Of a stretch of 64,000 bases of DNA, positions 8,660-16,752 are shown in pieces. Below the pieces are notes generated by a model. The model was not told the origin of the DNA, ran no database searches, and worked only from the letters and a program-made list of their open reading frames with translations. The stretch lies in the IMG/VR virus record IMGVR_UViG_3300042197_000820, positions 32,001-96,000 of that record; one strand, given 5' to 3'. A program made the translations under genes and the position numbers. The DNA comes from a virus. Each line of letters opens with the position of its first letter. Position 1 is the stretch's first letter.

Positions 8660-10393
8660 TCAGAGACCACCTTCTCCGAGAAGGCCACGGACGACAACAA
8701 GGCCGTACATGTCTGGGCGAACCATCTTCTTGGCGTAGCGGGTCATGACACCCTTGCGAGGCACAAAGTCCTCAGTACCAAAGATGGTAGGAGTGACTTG
8801 TAGTGGGACGTAAGGAGCATAGACGAAGCCGCTCTCTAGGAAGCTACCACCACGGCGACCGACCAATAGGAGGTTGCGTGGGAAGTATGGATCAACGTGA
8901 ACGTCGAACTTCTTGGAGAGTGAACCGACCTTGACTGCGCCGATTGAACCACGCTCATCGTCAGCGGTGACGGAGGCACGGAAGCCAGCGGTGAACTCCA
9001 GGATGTTGGCAACTTCTGGCGATGTTACGACGAAGTTAGCGCCACCACGAAGGGTCTTGCGATGGATTTGAGCCGAAACGTCATTGATTGTTTCGATGAG
9101 GGTTTCGTACCACATTGATACGTTACCAGTGAACTCTGGAGCAGCAGCCTGTGCGCCAACTTCGACACCAGTTGTACGGTTGACAAAGAGACCTGGGGAA
9201 CGTGACCAGTAGAATGTACCGGCTGTAGCGCCCTTGATCAAGTCCTCAAGGATTTCGCGGTCGATTTCGAGAGCGATTTGTTCAGAGAGGATTGAGGTCA
9301 ACTCGACTTCGGCATCAAGGTTGTGGTAAGCGTTGAGATCTTGTCCCAACTCTGGGGTCCACTTGGCCTTGAGCTTCTTGGTGACGGCGGTAACAGCAAT
9401 CGAATCAACTTTGATGTCAATTTCTGGGATGTCTGTTGCACCTTCAAGGCCCCAACCGGGAGAAGCAGTTGTACCAACAACTGAACCGAGTGTTAAGCTT
9501 GAGGTAAAGTTATCTTTAACAGCCATCTTTAGGGTTCCAACACCGTCTAGAACTGCTGCTAGTTGAGCAGCGGTTTCTGTACCGGTAGCTGCGACAGTCA
9601 AAATGATCTTTGTAGAATCATTTGGATCGATACGAGTTAGGCGGCGAACAAGTGAACCACTTGACAATGAACTGGTTACCGAAAGAGTAACAAGATTCTT
9701 TAGACCACCAACTGCTTCTACTGCGCTAACTGGAATGGTTGCAACAGCGAACTTAGAACCAGACACCAAATCTGCGTCGAAACGTAGCAACGATGCAGCA
9801 CCATATCCGCTTGTATAACCAGCGTCAACGACTGCATAGCCGCTATCTCCAACAGCACCAGAAGCTACAAGTGTAGTAACTGCTGTAACTGAAGCAGTTG
9901 CAGAGGCATAGCCATTGTTAAGGGCATATGGACCTTCTTCGGCTGAACCAGCTTGTGTTAGGTTGACACCACCAGTGATTTGGCTGGCAACAACGTTACC
10001 ACCGTATAGTGACTCACCAGAAGTGTATCCAAGACGGGAACCTGTTTCATTCGAAACGGTAAAGTCGAGGAAGAAAATGAGACCTGATGGAAGGCTCATT
10101 GGTTGTACTGAAACGAGATCATTGGCCAATAGGCCAGCGAAAACGCGGCGAACTAGTGGGAACGCAACAGCGGCAAAGCCCTGTACGTCACCAGCAGCCA
10201 TTGATGTAGACTCCTTGAGGAGTTGCTTAGCTTGATTTTCTAGAAGACGAGCCATACCAGCACGGGTATGTTCGCCGCTGAGTCCTTCAAGAAGACCTGT
10301 CTTCTCCCATTTTGAGAGCAGAGCAGCACCTTCTTTCTGGAGGTCGCGGTTAACGACGCCTTCAGTCAATCTTTCAATAAGATTACGAGACAT
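8660..10393 (-). CDS. Major capsid protein (T4 gp23-like)
   Basis: KWEKTGLLEGL, LLENQ, FPLVRRVF..LLANDLVSVQPMSLPSGLIFFLDF, KLKAKWTPELGQDLNAYHNLDAEVEL, YAPYVPL, PRKGVMTRY. Start placed at ATG 10393 after GGGGGTG SD. Confidence 0.97.
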   Translation of the reverse strand: MSRNLIERLTEGVVNRDLQKEGAALLSKWEKTGLLEGLSGEHTRAGMARLLENQAKQLLKESTSMAAGDVQGFAAVAFPLVRRVFAGLLANDLVSVQPMSLPSGLIFFLDFTVSNETGSRLGYTSGESLYGGNVVASQITGGVNLTQAGSAEEGPYALNNGYASATASVTAVTTLVASGAVGDSGYAVVDAGYTSGYGAASLLRFDADLVSGSKFAVATIPVSAVEAVGGLKNLVTLSVTSSLSSGSLVRRLTRIDPNDSTKIILTVAATGTETAAQLAAVLDGVGTLKMAVKDNFTSSLTLGSVVGTTASPGWGLEGATDIPEIDIKVDSIAVTAVTKKLKAKWTPELGQDLNAYHNLDAEVELTSILSEQIALEIDREILEDLIKGATAGTFYWSRSPGLFVNRTTGVEVGAQAAAPEFTGNVSMWYETLIETINDVSAQIHRKTLRGGANFVVTSPEVANILEFTAGFRASVTADDERGSIGAVKVGSLSKKFDVHVDPYFPRNLLLVGRRGGSFLESGFVYAPYVPLQVTPTIFGTEDFVPRKGVMTRYAKKMVRPDMYGLVVVRGLLGEGGL

Positions 10394-10425
10394 ATTTATC
10401 ACCCCCTTTATTTTTAGGATTTGCT

Positions 10426-11592
10426 TTACTTAATGCCAGCTAGCTTTTTCCAATAATCGAGTTGACTATGATCAACACTTTCATTTAGGTTACGCTTGCT
10501 GGGAATGGTGTGAGAAGGTCTATTGATAGCTTCGTGAAGGGACTCAAGTTTCCTGCCGGTAGACGTTGCTCCAGCAGCCGCTGCACTTTGAAGGGTTTCA
10601 AAGATAACCTTCGCTTCTGTAATGTTTTGAGCCTTGCGAATAGATTCGACAACCTTTTGTTTTTGTCGCTCATTCAACGAGCTATTCATAAGAACTTCAT
10701 TTTGGTACAGAAGTTTTGCATTGCTAAGGTTGACTTCTTCAAGTTTGGCCTTCAATGCGGAAACTGTTTCATTAAGAACGGTATTCTGTGATTTTAACGA
10801 TTCGTTAACTCCAGCCAGTTTCTTCATACCGTCTTGCAAGTCTTTTAGTTCTTGCTGACGCTTGGTATCGGCCAAACGAGCAAGATTGACTTTCTCTTGT
10901 TCTTGACGATAAACTTCAGGACGACCGGCCCAACCGCCGCCGCGCCCATCCATTATATCGACAACTAGTTCTTCTACGAGTGTGTGAAGGTCTTCCTCGA
11001 CAGCTTCATCCTCGTCTACTACTTCCTCTTCTATTTCATAAGATTCTTCTAGATCTTCTTCGTCCAAAGATTCTGGATGCTCCATTTCGTTCATAAAACG
11101 ACGAACTTCTTCCATAAGGCCAGTCATTTCTGGTGATACAGCGGGAGCTTGTGCCTTCTCTACAGAGCCAAGATCAAACTCGATTTCTTCTGGTTCCTCA
11201 TTTTCACCAGTGTCTATCTCATCATCAGCTAAAACATCAAATGGATCCTTTAGATCTTGTGGAGCAATGTCCTGATCTTCGTAAGCCGACAACATTGTGC
11301 GAAGATCGTCCATCGATACAGTGATAACGTCTTCATCACCACCGGCTTGTGGCTCATTTGCTGTATCAAGTGTGGCAGCATCTGGAATGTCTTCTGGAAT
11401 AGCCTCTGGTGCAGGAGCAGCAGCACCAGCAGCCATAGGGTCTGCGGCTGGTTCTTGCTCGTTGAGGAAAGAATCAATAGCTTCTTTCAGTTCGCTAGCG
11501 TGCTTCTCAATAACTTGATTTTCTGCAAATCTAAGCGCGGCCTCGCGAAGCTCTTTTGCGTCGATAATGGCTTGTTCCAAAAGTGATGACAT
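10426..11592 (-). CDS. Prohead scaffolding/core protein (T4 gp22-like role)
   Basis: Very acidic with a coiled-coil C-half (EVNLSNAKLLY) and many (L/I/V/M)-x-E sites. Directly upstream of the capsid gene; ends WKKLAGIK. Confidence 0.8.
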   Translation of the reverse strand: MSSLLEQAIIDAKELREAALRFAENQVIEKHASELKEAIDSFLNEQEPAADPMAAGAAAPAPEAIPEDIPDAATLDTANEPQAGGDEDVITVSMDDLRTMLSAYEDQDIAPQDLKDPFDVLADDEIDTGENEEPEEIEFDLGSVEKAQAPAVSPEMTGLMEEVRRFMNEMEHPESLDEEDLEESYEIEEEVVDEDEAVEEDLHTLVEELVVDIMDGRGGGWAGRPEVYRQEQEKVNLARLADTKRQQELKDLQDGMKKLAGVNESLKSQNTVLNETVSALKAKLEEVNLSNAKLLYQNEVLMNSSLNERQKQKVVESIRKAQNITEAKVIFETLQSAAAAGATSTGRKLESLHEAINRPSHTIPSKRNLNESVDHSQLDYWKKLAGIK

Positions 11593-11627
11593 TTAGATAC
11601 TCCGTTACTAAATAATGAAACTCAAAA

Positions 11628-11635
11628 TAAATAGT
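11628..11635 (-). promoter_or_regulatory. ACTATTTA putative late promoter motif
   Basis: Intergenic between bS21 and scaffold, 35 nt before the ATG. Confidence 0.6.
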
Positions 11636-11656
11636 ATTTAGTTATACCAAAAACCA

Positions 11657-11881
11657 TCACTTCCGATTCTGACGTAGTTTCTTCAGAACCTTTTCTCTAC
11701 GACGCTCTTTCCTCTTACGCTTATCGGAAGGCTTTTCGTACTCTAGAGAGCGGCGATACTCTTCGATGATTCCGCTTCTCTTAACTTTCTTCATAAACTT
11801 CTTGATTGCTGTTGTGATTGATTGACCTTCGCGCACCTCAACAGTAACATGTGCGGGTCGTGAACTATTATAACGCTTCAT
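11657..11881 (-). CDS. rpsU: Phage-encoded 30S ribosomal protein bS21
   Basis: 74 aa, highly basic. V.VREGQSI..AIKKF.KKV..SGII.EYR....YEKPS.KRKRK matches the bS21 pattern. AAGGA SD. Confidence 0.9.
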   Translation of the reverse strand: MKRYNSSRPAHVTVEVREGQSITTAIKKFMKKVKRSGIIEEYRRSLEYEKPSDKRKRKERRREKVLKKLRQNRK

Positions 11882-11896
11882 AAATCCTTCTTATTA

Positions 11897-12307
11897 TTAT
11901 ACGTTTGCCGAACCAGACCAGTTTGATCCTGACGGCGAGTTAGCAGGGTTGTCGATTCTACCGGTTGGAATGTTAGTAAGACCAGCTATAACATCGACAC
12001 CGTTGGCTCCCGAAAGCCATAACTCTGTAGCTTTTATTTCTAGTCTAATACTATTATTAACTGGATAACCCGTGGCTTGTCTAGCAACTCTAAAGTATCT
12101 AGTACCTTGGACACCATTTTCAGAAAATCCAACTTTTACTTCTGCGGTAGTACTAAAGTTTATAACCTCTATCCACCTAGTCACATAGGGAAAGGTAATC
12201 TTTGTCGCTGTTGTGGCATTAATGGCTCCGGTAACAAATGGAATACCAGATACTTGAAAAGAGCCTACATTGTTTAAACCAGCACTATAGATAAAAGATT
12301 CTGACAT
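11897..12307 (-). CDS. Small virion-associated protein (beta-sandwich-like)
   Basis: 136-aa ORF in the head module with AAGGA SD and an upstream ACTACTTA motif at 12328..12335. Confidence 0.6.
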   Translation of the reverse strand: MSESFIYSAGLNNVGSFQVSGIPFVTGAINATTATKITFPYVTRWIEVINFSTTAEVKVGFSENGVQGTRYFRVARQATGYPVNNSIRLEIKATELWLSGANGVDVIAGLTNIPTGRIDNPANSPSGSNWSGSANV

Positions 12308-12322
12308 TTATTTATTCCTTAC

Positions 12323-12760
12323 TTATTTAAGTAGTTGCTTCCAAGCGTTACCGCCCATCGCAACAATACTAGAAATGTCTATACCGGGATCATTCGGAGC
12401 CATGTCGGCTAATGGAGATCCTAATGCGCCCTTTGTAGGCTCAGGTGGCAAGTCATTATGACTAACACCCTCAAAGATATCCACACCTCTGAAAGAATCC
12501 TTTCCAATAGCATCCAATAACTCTTTCTTTTGTCTCTTGAGTTCTTGGAGCTTTTGCTCTTCTGACGGGCCTTTAGGAGCCACAGGTGCAGCAGAAACCG
12601 ATTTCCTTGATTCTGTTACCAGATTACCACTTATACCTTTAGCCACTTCAGATACAACAGTAGAAAGAAGCCCTTCTTTTAGAAGGACTTCCTGTACTGA
12701 TTCTTTAACTAACTCTTTTACTAAAGGTCGTAATAACTTCTTTAGTTCTGCCGGATTCAC
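12323..12760 (-). CDS. Putative internal head protein
   Basis: N-terminal ELKKLLRPLVKELVKESVQEVLLKE leader. GTG start with GAGG SD. Confidence 0.6.
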   Translation of the reverse strand: MNPAELKKLLRPLVKELVKESVQEVLLKEGLLSTVVSEVAKGISGNLVTESRKSVSAAPVAPKGPSEEQKLQELKRQKKELLDAIGKDSFRGVDIFEGVSHNDLPPEPTKGALGSPLADMAPNDPGIDISSIVAMGGNAWKQLLK

Positions 12761-12761
12761 A

Positions 12762-15050
12762 TCAACCTCTCAAAACTGTCTTGATACCGGCCAAAACAGA
12801 CCAGCGATTTAGTTCAACGGTTTCGCGCATCACAACACCGGCATCATCTAGGTAATCACTCAAGTAATCACTGATGGTCTCCATAGCATCGCGGATAATC
12901 TCAGGATCGATTGGCTGTTCACCATGAGCAGTATGACCTGTTTCTAGAATGTCGCGAAGGTCAGAAATAAAGAACTTATCTGTTGCTAGTTCTTTAGCCT
13001 TTGGTTGGTTCCTGAACTCTTTCTCGAAATCAACCTTGCCTTGCTTCATCTTTAGATAAAGTTCTTTACGTTGGTCAGTCGTCATCTTGAAGAAATCAAA
13101 CTTAGAACGTTCTCTCTGTGGATCTTCGGGAAGCCTCATTAGTAAGGCTTTCTCTTCTGGCGACAGAGCAGCAATGAACTCATCTGGCTTATCGAATAGT
13201 TGCTTGCGGCTGAACCTTAGAGTCTTACCGTCTTTGACTACTGTTGTATCTGAGCCAAACTCGATTACCATACGAGCAATCTTACCTCTGTTGTCACCGG
13301 GACCGGCAACATCTCGGTCCATTGCTGGACCGACTCTACCGGCTGCATCCATTGCAGCGCGAGCAGCGCGTTCGCCACCACCAGTTCTTGTTGTATCTGA
13401 TCTTTCTGCTGGGATAGCATCGGCAACGTTGCGTGGCTTTTCTTTCTTCTTCTTTTTCTTCTTTTTCTCAAGAAGATTTGCAATGTCGAATCCTTCTTTG
13501 ACTACGAAGCCTTTGTTCTCAAGTTCCTGCTTGATACGATTCGTAACGTCTTTGACAGCCCAACTTGGTAATCCCACATCACCACCCATCAGCTTATCGA
13601 CTAGATTCATGTCTTTTTTGCCTCTACCGATAAACTTATGTGGTCCCTTTCTGAAGATGTGGATTACTTCTCCATCACCACCAGACTTTTTGCCTCCACC
13701 GTCACCACCATCACCGCCGTCAGTAGGACCGGATCCGTCACCGTCTGTATCTGGAAGCTTTTTCTTGACTTTTGATGGATCTACGTCTTCCATTCTTTGC
13801 AGTAAACCGTCAAGTGTTGCTAGACGAGAATACTTCTGTCCATGCTTTCTTAGGAAGTATACTGCTGCACCTGAAGTTACCAAAGCAACTCCAACTGCTG
13901 GTAGAAGTACCGAAGCTGCTCCTAGTGCTTTAGCACCAATCATGGCTCCAATACCTGTTAGAGCAGTTCTCTTGAAGCGATGGCCGATGGTTTTAACAAC
14001 GGTTGTGGTGATGGTATCTGTAATATTAACCATCTTTTTGGGATCTACATCCCAAGGGATTTCTTTTCTTCCTTTGGCACCAAAAATCTTGGCCAACGAT
14101 TGTGAAGGGTCTTGTTGGAAGTTCTTCCAGTTATCTAACCACACAGATTGGTCCATTGCATCTCCTCTTCCAAGAGTGGCCAAGTCTTCATCGGTTAGTC
14201 CAAACTCCTTCATATCACTTAGAAGTTCTGATAGTGGAGTATTTGGCTTATAATGTTTTGCATCTCCGAAGAAGAACCTACCAAGTGCTTGTGTTGGACC
14301 TTCGCCGGGTTGAACCTGCAAAGTACGATTCAGACTTTGCTTGAACTCTTCTATAACAGATTGACGCATATCAATAATGTTGGTCTTCATGACTAGATTA
14401 TAGAACCAATCTGTATGCATCAACACACCGGCTACAATACCAGCTAGACCAGAAAGACCGAGCAGTTTTGGAGCCAAGGTAGAGCGAAGCTCTTCCATTG
14501 ACATGGTTTTCTTATCACCAGCTAGTGGACCAGTCTCTTCTGCTGGAACATCACCTTCTGCCTCGGACAATCTCTTGTATACACTCTCTAGTTCATAATC
14601 CATGTAATATTGCATCATCTTACGAAGATCTTTAATCATTTCGTTTGCAATAGCAGGATCTGTCTCGCCAGCTTCTGCGCTAGCAACTATACTATCATAA
14701 ATCTTGCCGATTTCCATTGTTTGTGCAAGGAACTCATCAGCACTCTTTTGATTAGGATATCCAGAAGCCTTCAAAGTTTTGCTAAGTTCAGAGAAAGCCT
14801 TATTAGAGGCTGCATCTGCTCTATCGATAATGGCTTGGATTTGCTTTTCCGCTGCATCACGCTTAGAACTTGGAAGCATCTTCCTGAGTGATGTTAGCTT
14901 AGCAAGACCATGCTTGATCGAATCCCAAACTCCTTCATCTACACGACCAGTATAAATCTTTTGTTTTACTGCCTTTTCTAGTAAGAAGTTTAGTTCTTTC
15001 TTGTATCTCGTCTCAAGTATAAGACGCTTTGATTCGGAAATCCTATTCAT
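12762..15050 (-). CDS. Putative internal head/ejected protein with two hydrophobic helices
   Basis: 762 aa. Hydrophobic segments LLGLSGLAGIVAGVLM and ALGAASVLLPAVGVALVTSGAAVYFL, G/D linker, K8 tract, multiple x-x-E sites, C-terminal WSVLAGIK like the scaffold. Confidence 0.6.
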   Translation of the reverse strand: MNRISESKRLILETRYKKELNFLLEKAVKQKIYTGRVDEGVWDSIKHGLAKLTSLRKMLPSSKRDAAEKQIQAIIDRADAASNKAFSELSKTLKASGYPNQKSADEFLAQTMEIGKIYDSIVASAEAGETDPAIANEMIKDLRKMMQYYMDYELESVYKRLSEAEGDVPAEETGPLAGDKKTMSMEELRSTLAPKLLGLSGLAGIVAGVLMHTDWFYNLVMKTNIIDMRQSVIEEFKQSLNRTLQVQPGEGPTQALGRFFFGDAKHYKPNTPLSELLSDMKEFGLTDEDLATLGRGDAMDQSVWLDNWKNFQQDPSQSLAKIFGAKGRKEIPWDVDPKKMVNITDTITTTVVKTIGHRFKRTALTGIGAMIGAKALGAASVLLPAVGVALVTSGAAVYFLRKHGQKYSRLATLDGLLQRMEDVDPSKVKKKLPDTDGDGSGPTDGGDGGDGGGKKSGGDGEVIHIFRKGPHKFIGRGKKDMNLVDKLMGGDVGLPSWAVKDVTNRIKQELENKGFVVKEGFDIANLLEKKKKKKKKEKPRNVADAIPAERSDTTRTGGGERAARAAMDAAGRVGPAMDRDVAGPGDNRGKIARMVIEFGSDTTVVKDGKTLRFSRKQLFDKPDEFIAALSPEEKALLMRLPEDPQRERSKFDFFKMTTDQRKELYLKMKQGKVDFEKEFRNQPKAKELATDKFFISDLRDILETGHTAHGEQPIDPEIIRDAMETISDYLSDYLDDAGVVMRETVELNRWSVLAGIKTVLRG

Positions 15051-15655
15051 TTTTTGCTCCCCAATAAATCATCCAACATGGAATCAATAGTAATTAGTTT
15101 ATTTGTGTTTCTTCTGCCTTCATACATCACATTATCCATGAAGGCTTTTGGTGTAGAAGGTTCAGATACAATGTCAAAACAAATAAGCTGAAAGTCGTCT
15201 TCTACGATTGTCTGGCCACCGCGATTAGACACGGAACCTAGACCGCGTGAAGAAATACCAATCTTGACACCATCGTTGACCAAGGCTCTGAGGGTCTGAC
15301 CGGATGGAGTAGAGAGAACCTTTACTTTACCCATAAGTGTTTTACCATCCCACCACATGTCTGTAACCATGTGCGAAGAGTTGCGAAGATTGACAACCGA
15401 ATCATCTGGGTGGTCCAGTTCTCCGACAGCACGGCGATCACGAACAACATCCATGTAGCTATCCACTTCTCTTTTTAGAATAGGGAATGGGTAGACACGA
15501 CCATTTCCGTTTAGTCTTTCTGCTTCGTGGCATTTGCCGACAAGATAAAGAGCTTTACCATCTGCCATTTGTCTTTTCTCGGATTCGGTGAGAACGTCGA
15601 GACACATCCCATCGGGACAAAGTTCATAGAACTCTTTTAGTATTTGTTTTGCCAT
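15047..15655 (-). CDS. Prohead core protease (T4 gp21-like)
   Basis: NGNGRVYP, GELDHP, SHMVT, TPSG..L..L, GISSRGLGS, FDIVSEPSTPKAF. Confidence 0.95.
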   Translation of the reverse strand: MAKQILKEFYELCPDGMCLDVLTESEKRQMADGKALYLVGKCHEAERLNGNGRVYPFPILKREVDSYMDVVRDRRAVGELDHPDDSVVNLRNSSHMVTDMWWDGKTLMGKVKVLSTPSGQTLRALVNDGVKIGISSRGLGSVSNRGGQTIVEDDFQLICFDIVSEPSTPKAFMDNVMYEGRRNTNKLITIDSMLDDLLGSKK

Positions 15656-15679
15656 TTTATACCTTTATGGTTATCAAGA

Positions 15680-15687
15680 TAAATAGT
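15680..15687 (-). promoter_or_regulatory. ACTATTTA putative late promoter motif
   Basis: After a terminator, 24 nt before the protease ATG. Confidence 0.6.
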
Positions 15688-15699
15688 TGTCTACTTCCC

Positions 15700-15735
15700 A
15701 AAAAAGAAAGCCACCCTGTTTGGCAGAGTGGCTTT
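15700..15735 (-). terminator. Rho-independent terminator
   Basis: AAAGCCACTCTG-CCAAA-CAGGGTGGCTTT followed by CTTTTTT. Confidence 0.85.
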
Positions 15736-15740
15736 ATCGA

Positions 15741-15759
15741 ACGCGGGCGCGACCCGCGT
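15741..15759. other. GC-rich hairpin between the small ORF and the terminator
   Basis: ACGCGGG-CGCGA-CCCGCGT perfect 7-bp inverted repeat in an AT-rich genome. Confidence 0.7.
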
Positions 15760-15762
15760 GAG

Positions 15763-15822
15763 TTAGCTACCGTTACAGCAGCGGCGAACTGGCTGAAGCA
15801 TCCACTTAGCAGTCATGCACAT
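15763..15822 (-). CDS. Unannotated 19-aa Cys-rich peptide MCMTAKWMLQPVRRCCNGS
   Basis: AAGGAGGTGA SD embedded in the end of the upstream gene, ATG at 15822 (alternative at 15816), TAA at 15763. Fills the gap before the hairpin and terminator. Confidence 0.6.
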   Translation of the reverse strand: MCMTAKWMLQPVRRCCNGS

Positions 15823-15825
15823 AAC

Positions 15826-16410
15826 TCACCTCCTTCTCTTGGATTCTTGTGTAATGCGGCGAACGATTGATTCTGCGATCTCTTCTTGGACATTAGCAAC
15901 CGGACCCTTCTCCCTAGCGAACTTAGAAGTAGAACGCGCCTCTCTAGTTGCTGCTCTTGCTTCCTTAGACAGTTCGGCTAGTTGGGCGGCAAAAGCAGTT
16001 AGCAAATCTGCAAACTGTTTGTTACCCTGAGCGCGGCTAGCATAACCGGCTAGTTCTCTTGTGGTATTCGTAGCAACTTTAACCGTCTTAGCTACGTCTG
16101 CTTTAAGCGAACCCATAGCAGCGGCATCGAGGACTTCACCACCTGCTTTTCCAAGCTTGTCAAGACCGGCAGCGGCGGCTTTACCGAAAGCCTCGTTTCC
16201 TCGTTCAATAGCCGAGATACCACGATTTAGTGCGCCATATGCTTTATCTCCAACAGCACCGGCTGCTCGTCCAACAGCACCGGCTGCTTTCCCGGCGACA
16301 CCAGCTAATCCTCTAGCCGCGCCTCCGATAGCACCAAAAAGTCCTTCTTCAATAGCAGTCTGTACTTCTTCAGCAATGATTGCCTTTAGTTGTGCTTCAG
16401 TGAGTTTCAT
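15826..16410 (-). CDS. Putative internal head protein, Gly/Ala-rich
   Basis: MKLTEAQLKAIIAEEV leader, then IEE|GLFGAIGG and AAGAVG repeats. Confidence 0.65.
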   Translation of the reverse strand: MKLTEAQLKAIIAEEVQTAIEEGLFGAIGGAARGLAGVAGKAAGAVGRAAGAVGDKAYGALNRGISAIERGNEAFGKAAAAGLDKLGKAGGEVLDAAAMGSLKADVAKTVKVATNTTRELAGYASRAQGNKQFADLLTAFAAQLAELSKEARAATREARSTSKFAREKGPVANVQEEIAESIVRRITQESKRRR

Positions 16411-16742
16411 TATTTATCCCCTTTAATATCAACAGATTTATGAGTAAACCGTAAACCTTCGTCGTTTACTAACATACTAAGTAGGTATGAAGTTCCCGCT
16501 GAAGTCCAGCCACAAATGAAAAAGTTTGCAACTGACTGGTCAAAACTAAATAGTTCGGTATACGGAGAAAGTAAAAATAAAAACCATCCCGCATGGAATC
16601 CGAAACACAGTGGACAATGGAATAGTTTACCAAATCCACCTAACCATTCTTTTGATGGTCTTATCTTATTAAAAATAGAAGCATAAACAACAAGGTAAGT
16701 AAGCCCATAAGAGCAGAGAATAAACCAAGCAAGTTGTAGCAT
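16410..16742 (-). CDS. Small membrane protein with CxxC (DUF1360-like)
   Basis: Start moved to ATG 16742 (MLQLAWF...), after the upstream stop. Three hydrophobic segments and GKLFHCPLCFGFHAGW motif. Confidence 0.7.
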   Translation of the reverse strand: MLQLAWFILCSYGLTYLVVYASIFNKIRPSKEWLGGFGKLFHCPLCFGFHAGWFLFLLSPYTELFSFDQSVANFFICGWTSAGTSYLLSMLVNDEGLRFTHKSVDIKGDK

Positions 16743-16752
16743 TTTTCTTCCA

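Noticed and set aside
11890-11925. TATAAT just upstream of bS21
   Set aside because: Formed by the upstream Val codon and tandem stop codons; no -35 element at 17 nt.
13087-14253. 388-aa plus-strand ORF
   Set aside because: Antisense shadow of the 762-aa gene (poly-F mirrors poly-K); no SD or recognisable motif.
15741-15765. Stop codon plus hairpin as a selenocysteine or pyrrolysine recoding signal
   Set aside because: The stop is TAA, not TGA or TAG, and a terminator follows immediately.
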